Shown: in pieces, positions 48,573-56,969 of the stretch
Layout of the letters: every line of letters begins with the position of its first letter
Position numbering within the stretch: position 1 is the stretch's first letter
Assembly: GCA_052388515.1 (NCBI GenBank)
Contig: JBQTHZ010000070.1
Coordinates: forward strand, 9,924 to 73,923
Direction: 5' to 3'
From: Chloroflexota bacterium
Lineage (GTDB): Bacteria; Chloroflexota; Limnocylindria; QHBO01
DNA: 64,000 nt
The notes under the pieces: model-generated
The model's input: only the letters and a program-made list of their open reading frames with translations
What the model was told of the DNA's origin: nothing
The model's database searches: none
Translations under genes and position numbers: made by a program

Positions 48573-50237
48573 ATGACCACCACCGACGATCCCGACCGCC
48601 TTCGCTGGCTCGGCCGCCTGCTGGAGATGGTCCCCGGCACCATCTCATGGGCGATCCTGATCCTGCCGCTCTGGCTCAGCTTCAGCTATCCGTGGCTGGT
48701 CGCGTACTTCGTGCTCAGCTTCGACTTCTACTGGCTCTGTCGCGCGCTCTGGTTCAGTGGCGCGGTCATCATCGCCTTCGGTCGCATCCGCGACGTGCTC
48801 GCGATCGACTGGACCGACCGCCTCACCGGCCTGGCGGACCCGGCCGCGCGGCGGAAGGAGCTCGAAAAGAGCCTGCGCTCCATCGGCGCCGACGCACCCA
48901 GCAGTGCCCTCGGCGTGAGCGCCATTGCTCGCCCGAGCGGAGCGGCGCGTCGACGACTCCGACGCGAGCTCGCCGAGCTTCGCGCGTTTGAGTCGCTGGC
49001 TCCGGCGCCGCCGCCCGCCGATGAGCTCATTCACCTCGCGTTGATCCCGACCTACACCGAGCCGCTGGACAAGCTCCGGCATACCGTCCGAGCGCTGGCC
49101 GAGGCGGCGTGGCCGGCGGAACGCAAGATCTGCGCGATCATCACCCGGGAGACGGACGAGGGCGGCATCGCCAACGTGCAGTCGCTGCAGGCCGAGTTCG
49201 GCGACGCGTTCGCCGAGTTCATCCACATCCTGGATCCGCTCGAGCCTGGCATCGTGGTCGGGAAGAGCAGCGCCATGGCGTGGGGCGGTCGCTACCTGTA
49301 TCGCAAGCTCGTCAGGGAGCGGGGGATGGATCCGCGCCGGATCATCGTCACGGACCTGGACGCCGACTACCGGGTCCACCCGCAGTACTTCGCCTACCTG
49401 AGCTGGGTCCACGTGACCGATCCCAACCGGGAGACGCAGCTGTATCAGCCGATCCCGTACTTCCACAACAACATCTGGGATGCGCCGCTGTTGCAGCGCC
49501 TCTTCGCCGCGGTCCTCACCCAGCTCCAGATGTGGCGCAGCGTGCTGCCCGAGAAGCTCCAGAGCTTCGGGTCGTACTCGACGACGCTCCACCTCGTTCA
49601 CGACGTGGGGTACTGGGCGACCGACGCGATCCCGGAGGACAGCCGCTTCTATTGGAAGAGCTACTTCCGCTACGGCGACCGCTTCCGCGCCGTGCCGCTC
49701 TTCATCCCGATCTACGGTGACGCCGTCCGGGCGCGCGGCTATTGGCGCAGCATGGCCGAGCAGTACCTCCAGGCGCGCCGCTGGGCGTGGGGCGTGACCG
49801 ACATCCCGTTCGTGATCGACAACGCGGTCAGGCATGCCGAGATCCCCTGGTCCTCGCGCTTCTGGCGCGTCATGAACCTCTTCGGCGAGCACATCAACTG
49901 GGCGATCACGCCGTTCGTGCTCACATTCGGCGCCACTGTCCCGCTGCTCATCAATCCCGCCTTCGGCGAGACGACACTAGGGCAGAACCTGCCGCTCTAC
50001 GCCAGCAGCATGCTGACCCTGGCGATCGTGAGCCTCGCCGTCCTGATCGTCGTGGAGCACCGAATCGTGCCGGCACGTCCAACGGAGTGGGGCTGGGTCC
50101 AGCGCACGATCAGCTACATCCAGTGGATCGGCCTGCCATTCGTGGGCATCATCTTCAGCATGGTGCCGGCGCTCGATGCCCAGACGCGCCTGCTCACCGG
50201 CCGCTACCTGGAGTACAAGGTCACCGAAAAGGTCTGA
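48573..50237 (+). CDS. membrane-embedded family-2 glycosyltransferase, processive-synthase-like
   Basis: N-terminal 2 TM and C-terminal ~4 TM segments. GT-A motifs LIPTYTEP, TDLDAD and IPEDSRF, plus the QxxRW-type motif QARRWAWG. Confidence 0.8.
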   Translation: MTTTDDPDRLRWLGRLLEMVPGTISWAILILPLWLSFSYPWLVAYFVLSFDFYWLCRALWFSGAVIIAFGRIRDVLAIDWTDRLTGLADPAARRKELEKSLRSIGADAPSSALGVSAIARPSGAARRRLRRELAELRAFESLAPAPPPADELIHLALIPTYTEPLDKLRHTVRALAEAAWPAERKICAIITRETDEGGIANVQSLQAEFGDAFAEFIHILDPLEPGIVVGKSSAMAWGGRYLYRKLVRERGMDPRRIIVTDLDADYRVHPQYFAYLSWVHVTDPNRETQLYQPIPYFHNNIWDAPLLQRLFAAVLTQLQMWRSVLPEKLQSFGSYSTTLHLVHDVGYWATDAIPEDSRFYWKSYFRYGDRFRAVPLFIPIYGDAVRARGYWRSMAEQYLQARRWAWGVTDIPFVIDNAVRHAEIPWSSRFWRVMNLFGEHINWAITPFVLTFGATVPLLINPAFGETTLGQNLPLYASSMLTLAIVSLAVLIVVEHRIVPARPTEWGWVQRTISYIQWIGLPFVGIIFSMVPALDAQTRLLTGRYLEYKVTEKV

Positions 50238-50241
50238 GCCG

Positions 50242-51306
50242 ATGTCCGACCGAGTGCCACCGATCGCCCGCATCCGACTCTCGCGATCGTTGCCCCGCCT
50301 GCTGCTCCTGCCGCTCCTCCTGCTGCTGGCCGGATCCGCCGTCGTCGCAGCCGGGCTCCTCCAGGTGGCGGGCATCGCCGGCCTGGTGATGGCCGGGCTG
50401 GGCGCGCTGGCCGTCCTCGCCGCTCTCATCGGCATCCTCGTCCTGCTGAGCATTCGGCTGGACGTGGAGGAGGCGGCGGTGTGCCTCGGCTGGGCCGGCG
50501 GCGAGCGTATCTACCCGTTGAGCGCTGGGCCCGTCACGCGCGTCCGACTGCGCGGCAAGAACGCCTCCAGCCTGCGCACCCGCCGCTGGGGACTCGGCTG
50601 GCAGCTCGGTGACGCGATCCTGCGCGGCGAGGAGGAGGTCGACGTGGTGCGCCTGGCGAGGACGCCGACCGCCATCCTGGTCCCGACGGAGCGTGGACGT
50701 CTCGCCATCGCCGCGGCTGACGAGGAGGCGCTGCTCGAGGCGCTGTCGCGGGCGGCCCGCGCCCGCCAGCGGCTGGAGGCGCTGACCCGCGAGGTCCCCG
50801 TGCCCCGAGCGACGGGGCACCCACCTGCGCCGATCGAGGTCGCCCCGACCGTGATGACCGGGATCGAACGCGCCCTCGTCGAGCGTCGTCTGGCCGATGA
50901 GCGCCACGCGGCGGCTGAGCCGACGGCGTTGGAACACCAAGCAGTTGAACCGGCGGCGGCACTCCCCCTGCCAGTCGAGGCGGCGACGGCCGAACCGCAG
51001 ATCGAGCGCGCGCCTCGTCAACGACCACGTCCATCGTGGGCACCGCGACCCGGACCCAGCCTGGCGTTGCTCGTCCTGCCCATGGTCGGGGCGGCACTCG
51101 CATGGGGGGCGGCGGTCGTGCTGGACCGGATGCCGGAGCCGGGGACCGATCTCGGCAGGCTCACCACGCTGGCACTCGTGCTCGCGGGGCCGGCCACGAC
51201 GGTTGGCGCGATCATGGCGCGCTTCTATTGGCCGCGGATCGTGGGGGTGGTGGTGGCGGGCGGCCTGGCGACGACGGTCTTCGTGGGTCGAGCGCTGCTG
51301 GGCTGA
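50242..51306 (+). CDS. membrane protein with bacterial PH-like domain (hypothetical)
   Basis: The ATG is 4 nt after the GT2 stop. Two N-terminal TM segments, a ~110-aa soluble segment (VCLGWAGGERIYPLSAGPVTRVRLRG..), a Pro/Ala linker and 3 C-terminal TM segments. Confidence 0.65.
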   Translation: MSDRVPPIARIRLSRSLPRLLLLPLLLLLAGSAVVAAGLLQVAGIAGLVMAGLGALAVLAALIGILVLLSIRLDVEEAAVCLGWAGGERIYPLSAGPVTRVRLRGKNASSLRTRRWGLGWQLGDAILRGEEEVDVVRLARTPTAILVPTERGRLAIAAADEEALLEALSRAARARQRLEALTREVPVPRATGHPPAPIEVAPTVMTGIERALVERRLADERHAAAEPTALEHQAVEPAAALPLPVEAATAEPQIERAPRQRPRPSWAPRPGPSLALLVLPMVGAALAWGAAVVLDRMPEPGTDLGRLTTLALVLAGPATTVGAIMARFYWPRIVGVVVAGGLATTVFVGRALLG

Positions 51307-51342
51307 ATTGACACCGTGGCGAGCGGCTGCCACGATCGGCGA

Positions 51343-51620
51343 CCAAATCGAATGACGGCGACGACGGAGCAACGGCGGTCGTCCGCACCGAGCCACGAGC
51401 GAGCCCGAGATGGTGGAAGCGGGCGGCATCGGCGACGACAGGTCATCCCTCCCGAGCCGGAGGTGCCAAGCGGCGCGACGCCGTGCGTAACGCCTCCCGG
51501 GCAGCTACCCGATATCGAAGGGCACGAGTGGACCGCATGCCGCCAGGCGGCGCATCGGTCAAGCGCGGGTGGTACCGCGGGAGTGATCCCGTCCCGGAGT
51601 TCCGGGGCGGGTTTCGTGTT
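51343..51620 (+). promoter_or_regulatory. T-box riboswitch leader of ileS
   Basis: Canonical T-box sequence AAGCGCGGGTGGTACCGCGGGAG (51561-51583) immediately precedes a terminator helix. An upstream promoter TTGACA-N17-CACGAT lies at 51308-51336. The downstream gene is an aminoacyl-tRNA synthetase. Confidence 0.7.
51588..51620 (+). terminator. intrinsic terminator of the T-box leader
   Basis: CCCGTCCCGG-AGTT-CCGGGGCGGG followed by TTTCGTGTT. The 5' arm can alternatively pair with the T-box 3' part (GCGGGA/TCCCGT) as an antiterminator. Confidence 0.6.
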
Positions 51621-51630
51621 GTCAGGAGCG

Positions 51631-54600
51631 GTGAGCGAATTGTTCAAGCCGGTATCGAGCAAGCTGGAGGTCCCCGCACTCGAGCGCGAGGTCATCGAGC
51701 GCTGGCGCCAGCGGGACACCATGGCGCGCTACCTCGCGCGGAACGATGATTCCGAGCGCCGCTTCAGCTTCATCGATGGGCCGATCACGGCGAACAACCC
51801 GATGGGCGTGCATCACGCCTGGGGACGGACCTACAAGGATCTCTTCCAGCGCTATCACACCATGCTCGGCGAACAGCAGCGTTACCAGAACGGCTTCGAC
51901 TGCCAGGGGCTCTGGATCGAGGTCAACGTCGAGCGCGACCTGGGCTTCAACAACAAGCGGCAGATCGAGGAGTTCGGGATCGGACCGTTCGTGGAGCGCT
52001 GCAAAGCCTGGGTCGACACGTACGCCGCCATGCAGACCGAGCAGAGCAAACGCCTCGGCTACTGGATGGACTGGGAGAACAGCTACTACACGAACTCGGA
52101 CGAGAACAACTACACCGTCTGGGCCTTCCTGGCCGAGTGCCACCGCAAGGGACTCATCTACCGCGGTCACGACGTGATGCCCTGGTGCCCGCGCTGCGGC
52201 ACCGGCATCTCGAACATGGAGGCGGCCGAGGGCTACCGGGAGGCGAAGCACCTGTCGGCGACCGTGCGCCTGCCGATCACGAGCCCCGGCCACGAGGGCG
52301 AGGACCTGCTCGTATGGACGACGACGCCCTGGACCCTGTCGAGCAACGTGGCGGCGGCCGTCCAACCCGCCCTGACCTACCAGCTGGTCGAGGGCGAGCG
52401 CGGCCGCCGCTGGTGGGTGAGCGCGGGCTCGAAGGAGCGGATCGCGCGCGACGCCGAGGTCCTGCGCGAAGCACCCGGAGCCGACCTGGTCGATCTGGTG
52501 TATGACGGCCCGTTCGATGAGCTTCCGGTCGCGTCAGGCATCGCGCATCGCGTCATCCCCTGGGACGAGGTCTCCGATGCCGAGGGCACCGGGATCGTCC
52601 ACATCGCCCCCGGGTGCGGCCAGGAGGACTTCGCGCTCAGCAGGGCCTTCGACCTGCCGGTGATCGACCCGATCGACCAGTTCGGCGTGTTCGGCGAGGG
52701 GTTCGGCTGGCAGACCGGCCGCTACGCCGGTGCGGCCGAGAACCCCGCGCAGGACCTTGCGCGCGACGTGGTCGCCGATCTCGACGCGAAGGGGCTGCTC
52801 GTGGCGAAGGAGACCTACGCGCACTCGTACCCGCACTGCTGGCGCTGCGGAACGCAGCTCATCTTCCGCCTCGTCGACGAGTGGTTCATCGCCACCGATC
52901 CGCTGCGGGAGCCGGTTGGTGCCTCGACGCGCTCCATGACCTGGCTGCCGGAGGGGATCGGCCTCGAGGAGCGCGAGCTCGATTGGCTCCGCAACATGGG
53001 CGACTGGATGATCAGCAAGAAGCGCTACTACGGGCTGGCACTGCCGATCTGGGAGTGCACCGACTGCGATGGGTGGGAGGTGATCGGCTCGAAGGAGGAG
53101 CTGCGCGAGCGTGCGGTGGATGGCTGGGACGCGTTCGACGGTCATTCGCCGCACCGCCCGTGGGTCGATGCGGTCGAGATCGCGTGTGCGGCGTGCGGTG
53201 GGCGCGCCAGACGTACGACCGATGTCGGCAACCCGTGGCTGGATGCCGGCATCGTCGGCCTCTCGACGCTGAAGTGGAACACCGACCGCGCGTACTGGGC
53301 CGAGTGGTACCCGGCGGACTGGATCAGCGAGTCGTTCCCCGGGCAGTTCCGCAACTGGTTCTATGCCCTGCTGACCGAGTCGACGGTCATGACCGGCCAG
53401 GCGCCATCACGCGCGCTGTTCGCCTATGCGCTGCTCCTCGACGAGAACGGCGAGGAGATGCACAAGAGCAAGGGCAACTCGATCCCGTTCGACGAGGCGG
53501 CGGAGCGCATCGGCTCCGACGTGATGCGCTGGATGTACGCCGCCGCGAATCCGGCGGTGAACCTGCGGTTCGGATACGGGCCGGGCCACGAGGTCGTGCG
53601 CCGGTTCCTGCTGCCGCTCTGGAACACGTACGGCTTCTTCGTCACGTACGCGAGACTCGACGGATGGACGCCGGATCAGGCCGATGGTGTGGACGGTGCA
53701 CGCACCCTGCTGGACCGATGGGTCCTGTCCCGCCTCGATGCGCTGGTCGCAGAGGCGCGCGCGTCCTTCGACGGGTACGACGCCATGCGCGCCACGCGCG
53801 CCATCGAGGCTTTCGTGGAGGACCTCTCGAACTGGTACGTGCGCCGCAACCGGCGCCGATTCTGGAAGGGCGAGCTCGATGCCGACAAGCGTGCAGCGTA
53901 CGCGACGCTCTACGAGGTGCTCACCACCCTGAGCAGGCTCCTGGCGCCGATCATCCCCCATGTCGCAGACGCGATCTGGGACAACCTGGTGGCGAGCGTC
54001 GATCGCAGCGCGCCGGACAGCGTGCACCTGGCGGACTTCCCGACCGCCGTGCCCGGCCGCGCCGATCCCATGGTGGATACGGCGGTCGACCTCGCGCGGC
54101 GCACGATCGCGCTGGGGCGGGCCGCCCGCTCCGCATCGGGGGTCCGGACGCGACAGCCGCTGCGCACGGCGCGCGTCAAGCTGCCCGCTGGCCTGGATGG
54201 ATTCGGCGCCGATGCCGGCCTCGACGACGCCCTCCGACGGGAGGTTCGCGAGGAGCTCAACGTGCGCGGGATCGAGCTCATCCCGGACGAATCCGAGATG
54301 GTCGAGCGCACGCTCTACCCGCTGCTGCCGGTGATCGGGCCGCGCCATGGCTCCGCCGTCGGTGTGATCATGGCCGGCGTGCGGTCGGGCGCCTGGCGCG
54401 TCAACGAGGACGGCACCGCTGCAATCGGCGAGGTGACGCTCCAGCCTGATGAGTTCCAGCTCACGGCGAGGGGTCGGCCGGGCCACGAGGTCGCGGAAGA
54501 CGGCGACCTGCTGGTCGCCCTCGACACCACCCTCGACGACGAGCTCGAGGCCGAGGGGATGGCTCGCGAGGTCGCCCATCGGCTGCAGGCCATGCGCAAG

Positions 54601-54816
54601 GCGGCTGGCTACGAGATCAGCGACCGCGTGCGGATTGCCATCTCGAGCGAACCGAGCTCGATCGAGTGCCTCGAGCCGCACCGGGCCTGGCTGGCCGACG
54701 AGCTGTTGGCGACCGACCTGGAGCTCGGGTCGGGCGTGACCGTGACCGATGCCGACGCCGATGAGACGCTCGACCTCGACGGCACGAGCCTGCGCCTCTC
54801 GCTGGCACGAGCCTGA
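51631..54816 (+). CDS. ileS: isoleucine--tRNA ligase (type 2)
   Basis: GTG start after CAGGAG. HIGH-region PITANNPMGVHHAWGRTYKD, KMSKS-region MHKSKGN and an editing-domain insertion. The track ORF start at 51316 lies in the leader. Confidence 0.95.
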   Translation: MSELFKPVSSKLEVPALEREVIERWRQRDTMARYLARNDDSERRFSFIDGPITANNPMGVHHAWGRTYKDLFQRYHTMLGEQQRYQNGFDCQGLWIEVNVERDLGFNNKRQIEEFGIGPFVERCKAWVDTYAAMQTEQSKRLGYWMDWENSYYTNSDENNYTVWAFLAECHRKGLIYRGHDVMPWCPRCGTGISNMEAAEGYREAKHLSATVRLPITSPGHEGEDLLVWTTTPWTLSSNVAAAVQPALTYQLVEGERGRRWWVSAGSKERIARDAEVLREAPGADLVDLVYDGPFDELPVASGIAHRVIPWDEVSDAEGTGIVHIAPGCGQEDFALSRAFDLPVIDPIDQFGVFGEGFGWQTGRYAGAAENPAQDLARDVVADLDAKGLLVAKETYAHSYPHCWRCGTQLIFRLVDEWFIATDPLREPVGASTRSMTWLPEGIGLEERELDWLRNMGDWMISKKRYYGLALPIWECTDCDGWEVIGSKEELRERAVDGWDAFDGHSPHRPWVDAVEIACAACGGRARRTTDVGNPWLDAGIVGLSTLKWNTDRAYWAEWYPADWISESFPGQFRNWFYALLTESTVMTGQAPSRALFAYALLLDENGEEMHKSKGNSIPFDEAAERIGSDVMRWMYAAANPAVNLRFGYGPGHEVVRRFLLPLWNTYGFFVTYARLDGWTPDQADGVDGARTLLDRWVLSRLDALVAEARASFDGYDAMRATRAIEAFVEDLSNWYVRRNRRRFWKGELDADKRAAYATLYEVLTTLSRLLAPIIPHVADAIWDNLVASVDRSAPDSVHLADFPTAVPGRADPMVDTAVDLARRTIALGRAARSASGVRTRQPLRTARVKLPAGLDGFGADAGLDDALRREVREELNVRGIELIPDESEMVERTLYPLLPVIGPRHGSAVGVIMAGVRSGAWRVNEDGTAAIGEVTLQPDEFQLTARGRPGHEVAEDGDLLVALDTTLDDELEAEGMAREVAHRLQAMRKAAGYEISDRVRIAISSEPSSIECLEPHRAWLADELLATDLELGSGVTVTDADADETLDLDGTSLRLSLARA

Positions 54817-54836
54817 TCGGCGGTCGGTCGGCTAGA

Positions 54837-55358
54837 GTGGGTCCGGTGGAGGTGGGCACCGATCGAGAGTCGTCGCTGAGGCCGGTGCTCGTGCTGGCGG
54901 GCACGGCCATCGTTCTCTACGCCGCCGACCAGGTCACCAAGGCGCTGGTGGTGGCGAATGTCGCGCTGGGCGCGCGGTACGACGTCATCGGCGACCTCGC
55001 ACAGCTCTGGCATGTCCGCAACGACGGCGCCGCGTTCAGCATCCTGCCCGGCGCCACGTGGTTGTTCGTGCCGGTGACGCTCCTGGCCATCGGGATGGTC
55101 ATCTACTTCCACCGCGCCTTCCGGGGCCGGACGTCGTGGATCCACCTCATCCTGGGCGCCATCCTGGCCGGCTCGCTCGGCAACCTCACCGATCGGCTGC
55201 GGCTGGGGTACGTCATCGACTTCGTCAGCGTCGGCATCGGGGACACGCGCTTCCCGACGTTCAACATTGCCGATTCGGCCGTCGTGCTCGGCATCGGGGC
55301 GCTGGTCGCCTACCTGACCTTCTTCGATCAGCCGCGGCCCCTGGAGACGGCCCGGTGA
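54837..55358 (+). CDS. lspA: lipoprotein signal peptidase II
   Basis: Motifs NDGAAFS and FNIADSAV with 4 TM segments. The in-frame GTG at 54846, 7 nt after a TAGAGT box (54833-54838), is the more likely leaderless start. Confidence 0.88.
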   Translation: MGPVEVGTDRESSLRPVLVLAGTAIVLYAADQVTKALVVANVALGARYDVIGDLAQLWHVRNDGAAFSILPGATWLFVPVTLLAIGMVIYFHRAFRGRTSWIHLILGAILAGSLGNLTDRLRLGYVIDFVSVGIGDTRFPTFNIADSAVVLGIGALVAYLTFFDQPRPLETAR

Positions 55359-56329
55359 TGGCCTCGACCGAGGAGCGGATGATCGAGGGTCCGGCGCCGG
55401 CAGGCCGGGTGGACCTCGCCGTCTCCGCGGTCGGCGGGATCAGCCGCGCGCACGCCCAGCGCCTCATCGGTGACGGCCGCGCCCTGGTTGACGGGGCGCG
55501 GCGACGCTCGAGTGACCGGCTGAGCGGCGGCGAGCGCGTGACCGTCGCGCTGAGCGCGCCACCGGACAAGACCCTCGTCGCCGAGTCCATCCCGTTCGGC
55601 GTTGCCTACGAGGACGAGACGATGCTGATCGTCGACAAGCCGGCCGGCCTCGTCGTCCATCCATCCGCCGGGCACGGGAGCGGCACCCTCGTCAACGCGT
55701 TGCTGGGGCGTGCCCGCGACCGTGGCGAGGCCCTCGGCTCGATCGCCGGCGTCGGCCGACCGGGCATCGTGCATCGGCTCGACAAGGAGACGAGCGGGCT
55801 GATCGTGGTCGCCAAGACCGACCTTGCCCAGGCCAGCCTCATGCGCCAGTTCGGCGACCGCAGCATCGAGAAGGAGTACCTGGCGCTGGTACGCGGCGAT
55901 CCACCGTCCCCGCGCGGACGGGTGGAGGCGCCGATCGGCCGCGATCCGCGCGATCGGCAGCGCATGGCGGTGGTGGCCGGCGGCCGCGCATCGACGACCG
56001 AGTACGAGGTGATTGCCACCGGCGGCGGCTACGCACTCCTCTCCCTGCGTCCGCTGACCGGGCGAACGCACCAGATCCGCGCTCACCTGTCGTACCTGGA
56101 CCTGCCGATCGCGGGCGACCTGCGCTACGGCGGGGGAGAGGGGCCGGGTGGCCTCCGCCGCCAATTTCTGCACGCCGCGCGGCTCGGGCTCGAGCGGCCG
56201 CTCGACTCGCGGCGCCTGCGCGCGTGGAGCGAGATGCCGATGGAGCTGACGGCCTGCCTCGAGGCGTCCGGTATCAGGACCACTCCCGGCCGGCTGCCAT
56301 CGGGCATCGGTGCCGAGGTCGAGGCATGA
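55358..56329 (+). CDS. rluD: RluA/RluD-family 23S rRNA pseudouridine synthase
   Basis: The ATG shares 1 nt with the lspA TGA. S4-like N-terminus and motifs VDKPAGLVVHP and HRLDKETSGLIVVAK. Confidence 0.9.
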   Translation: MASTEERMIEGPAPAGRVDLAVSAVGGISRAHAQRLIGDGRALVDGARRRSSDRLSGGERVTVALSAPPDKTLVAESIPFGVAYEDETMLIVDKPAGLVVHPSAGHGSGTLVNALLGRARDRGEALGSIAGVGRPGIVHRLDKETSGLIVVAKTDLAQASLMRQFGDRSIEKEYLALVRGDPPSPRGRVEAPIGRDPRDRQRMAVVAGGRASTTEYEVIATGGGYALLSLRPLTGRTHQIRAHLSYLDLPIAGDLRYGGGEGPGGLRRQFLHAARLGLERPLDSRRLRAWSEMPMELTACLEASGIRTTPGRLPSGIGAEVEA

Positions 56330-56964
56330 GCAGCGAGCCGGTGGCGAGCGACCAGCAGAAGCGCATGACCTTTCCGAACCCGATGCTCGTCGTGGTGTCG
56401 GGTCCGTCGGGGGTTGGCAAGAGCACCATCGTCGCCGAGCTGGCACGTCGGCATCCGCAGGTCGTGCCGATCGTGACCGCCACGACGCGCGGGCGCCGCG
56501 AGGGCGAGATCCACGGCGTTCACTATCACTTTCTCGATCGCGATGACTTCGTGGCCCTTCGTGACGAGGGTGGCCTCCTGGAGTGGGCGGAGGTGCATGG
56601 CAACCTCTACGGAACGCCGATCGACCAGGCGCGCGGAATCCTGGCGGCCGGCCGCGATGCGATCCTCACCATCGATCCGCAGGGCGCGCGCCAGGTGCGC
56701 GCGACCGTCCCCGACGCGCTGCTGGTCTTCGTCAAGCCGCCGACGATGGAGGACCTGGCGCGGCGGCTCCAGCAGCGGGGGAGCGAGTCGGCCGCGTCGC
56801 TGGCACGACGCCGCCGCGATGCCGAGCACTGGATGGCCGACACGGACGCCTACGATCACGTCGTCGTGAACGAGACCGGCCACCCCGAGGAGGCGGCCGA
56901 GCAGATCTGGGAGATCATCCAGTCCGAGGCACGCCGCGAGCCACCGCGCCGCCCGCGGATCTGA
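56326..56964 (+). CDS. gmk: guanylate kinase
   Basis: ATGA overlap with the rluD stop. P-loop SGPSGVGKST and the TTRGRREGE motif. Confidence 0.92.
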   Translation: MSSEPVASDQQKRMTFPNPMLVVVSGPSGVGKSTIVAELARRHPQVVPIVTATTRGRREGEIHGVHYHFLDRDDFVALRDEGGLLEWAEVHGNLYGTPIDQARGILAAGRDAILTIDPQGARQVRATVPDALLVFVKPPTMEDLARRLQQRGSESAASLARRRRDAEHWMADTDAYDHVVVNETGHPEEAAEQIWEIIQSEARREPPRRPRI

Positions 56965-56969
56965 CGCCG

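Noticed and set aside
51316-51630. N-terminal 105-aa extension of the ileS ORF in the track
   Set aside because: This region contains the T-box sequence and a terminator hairpin. An SD plus GTG at 51631 gives a normal IleS N-terminus.
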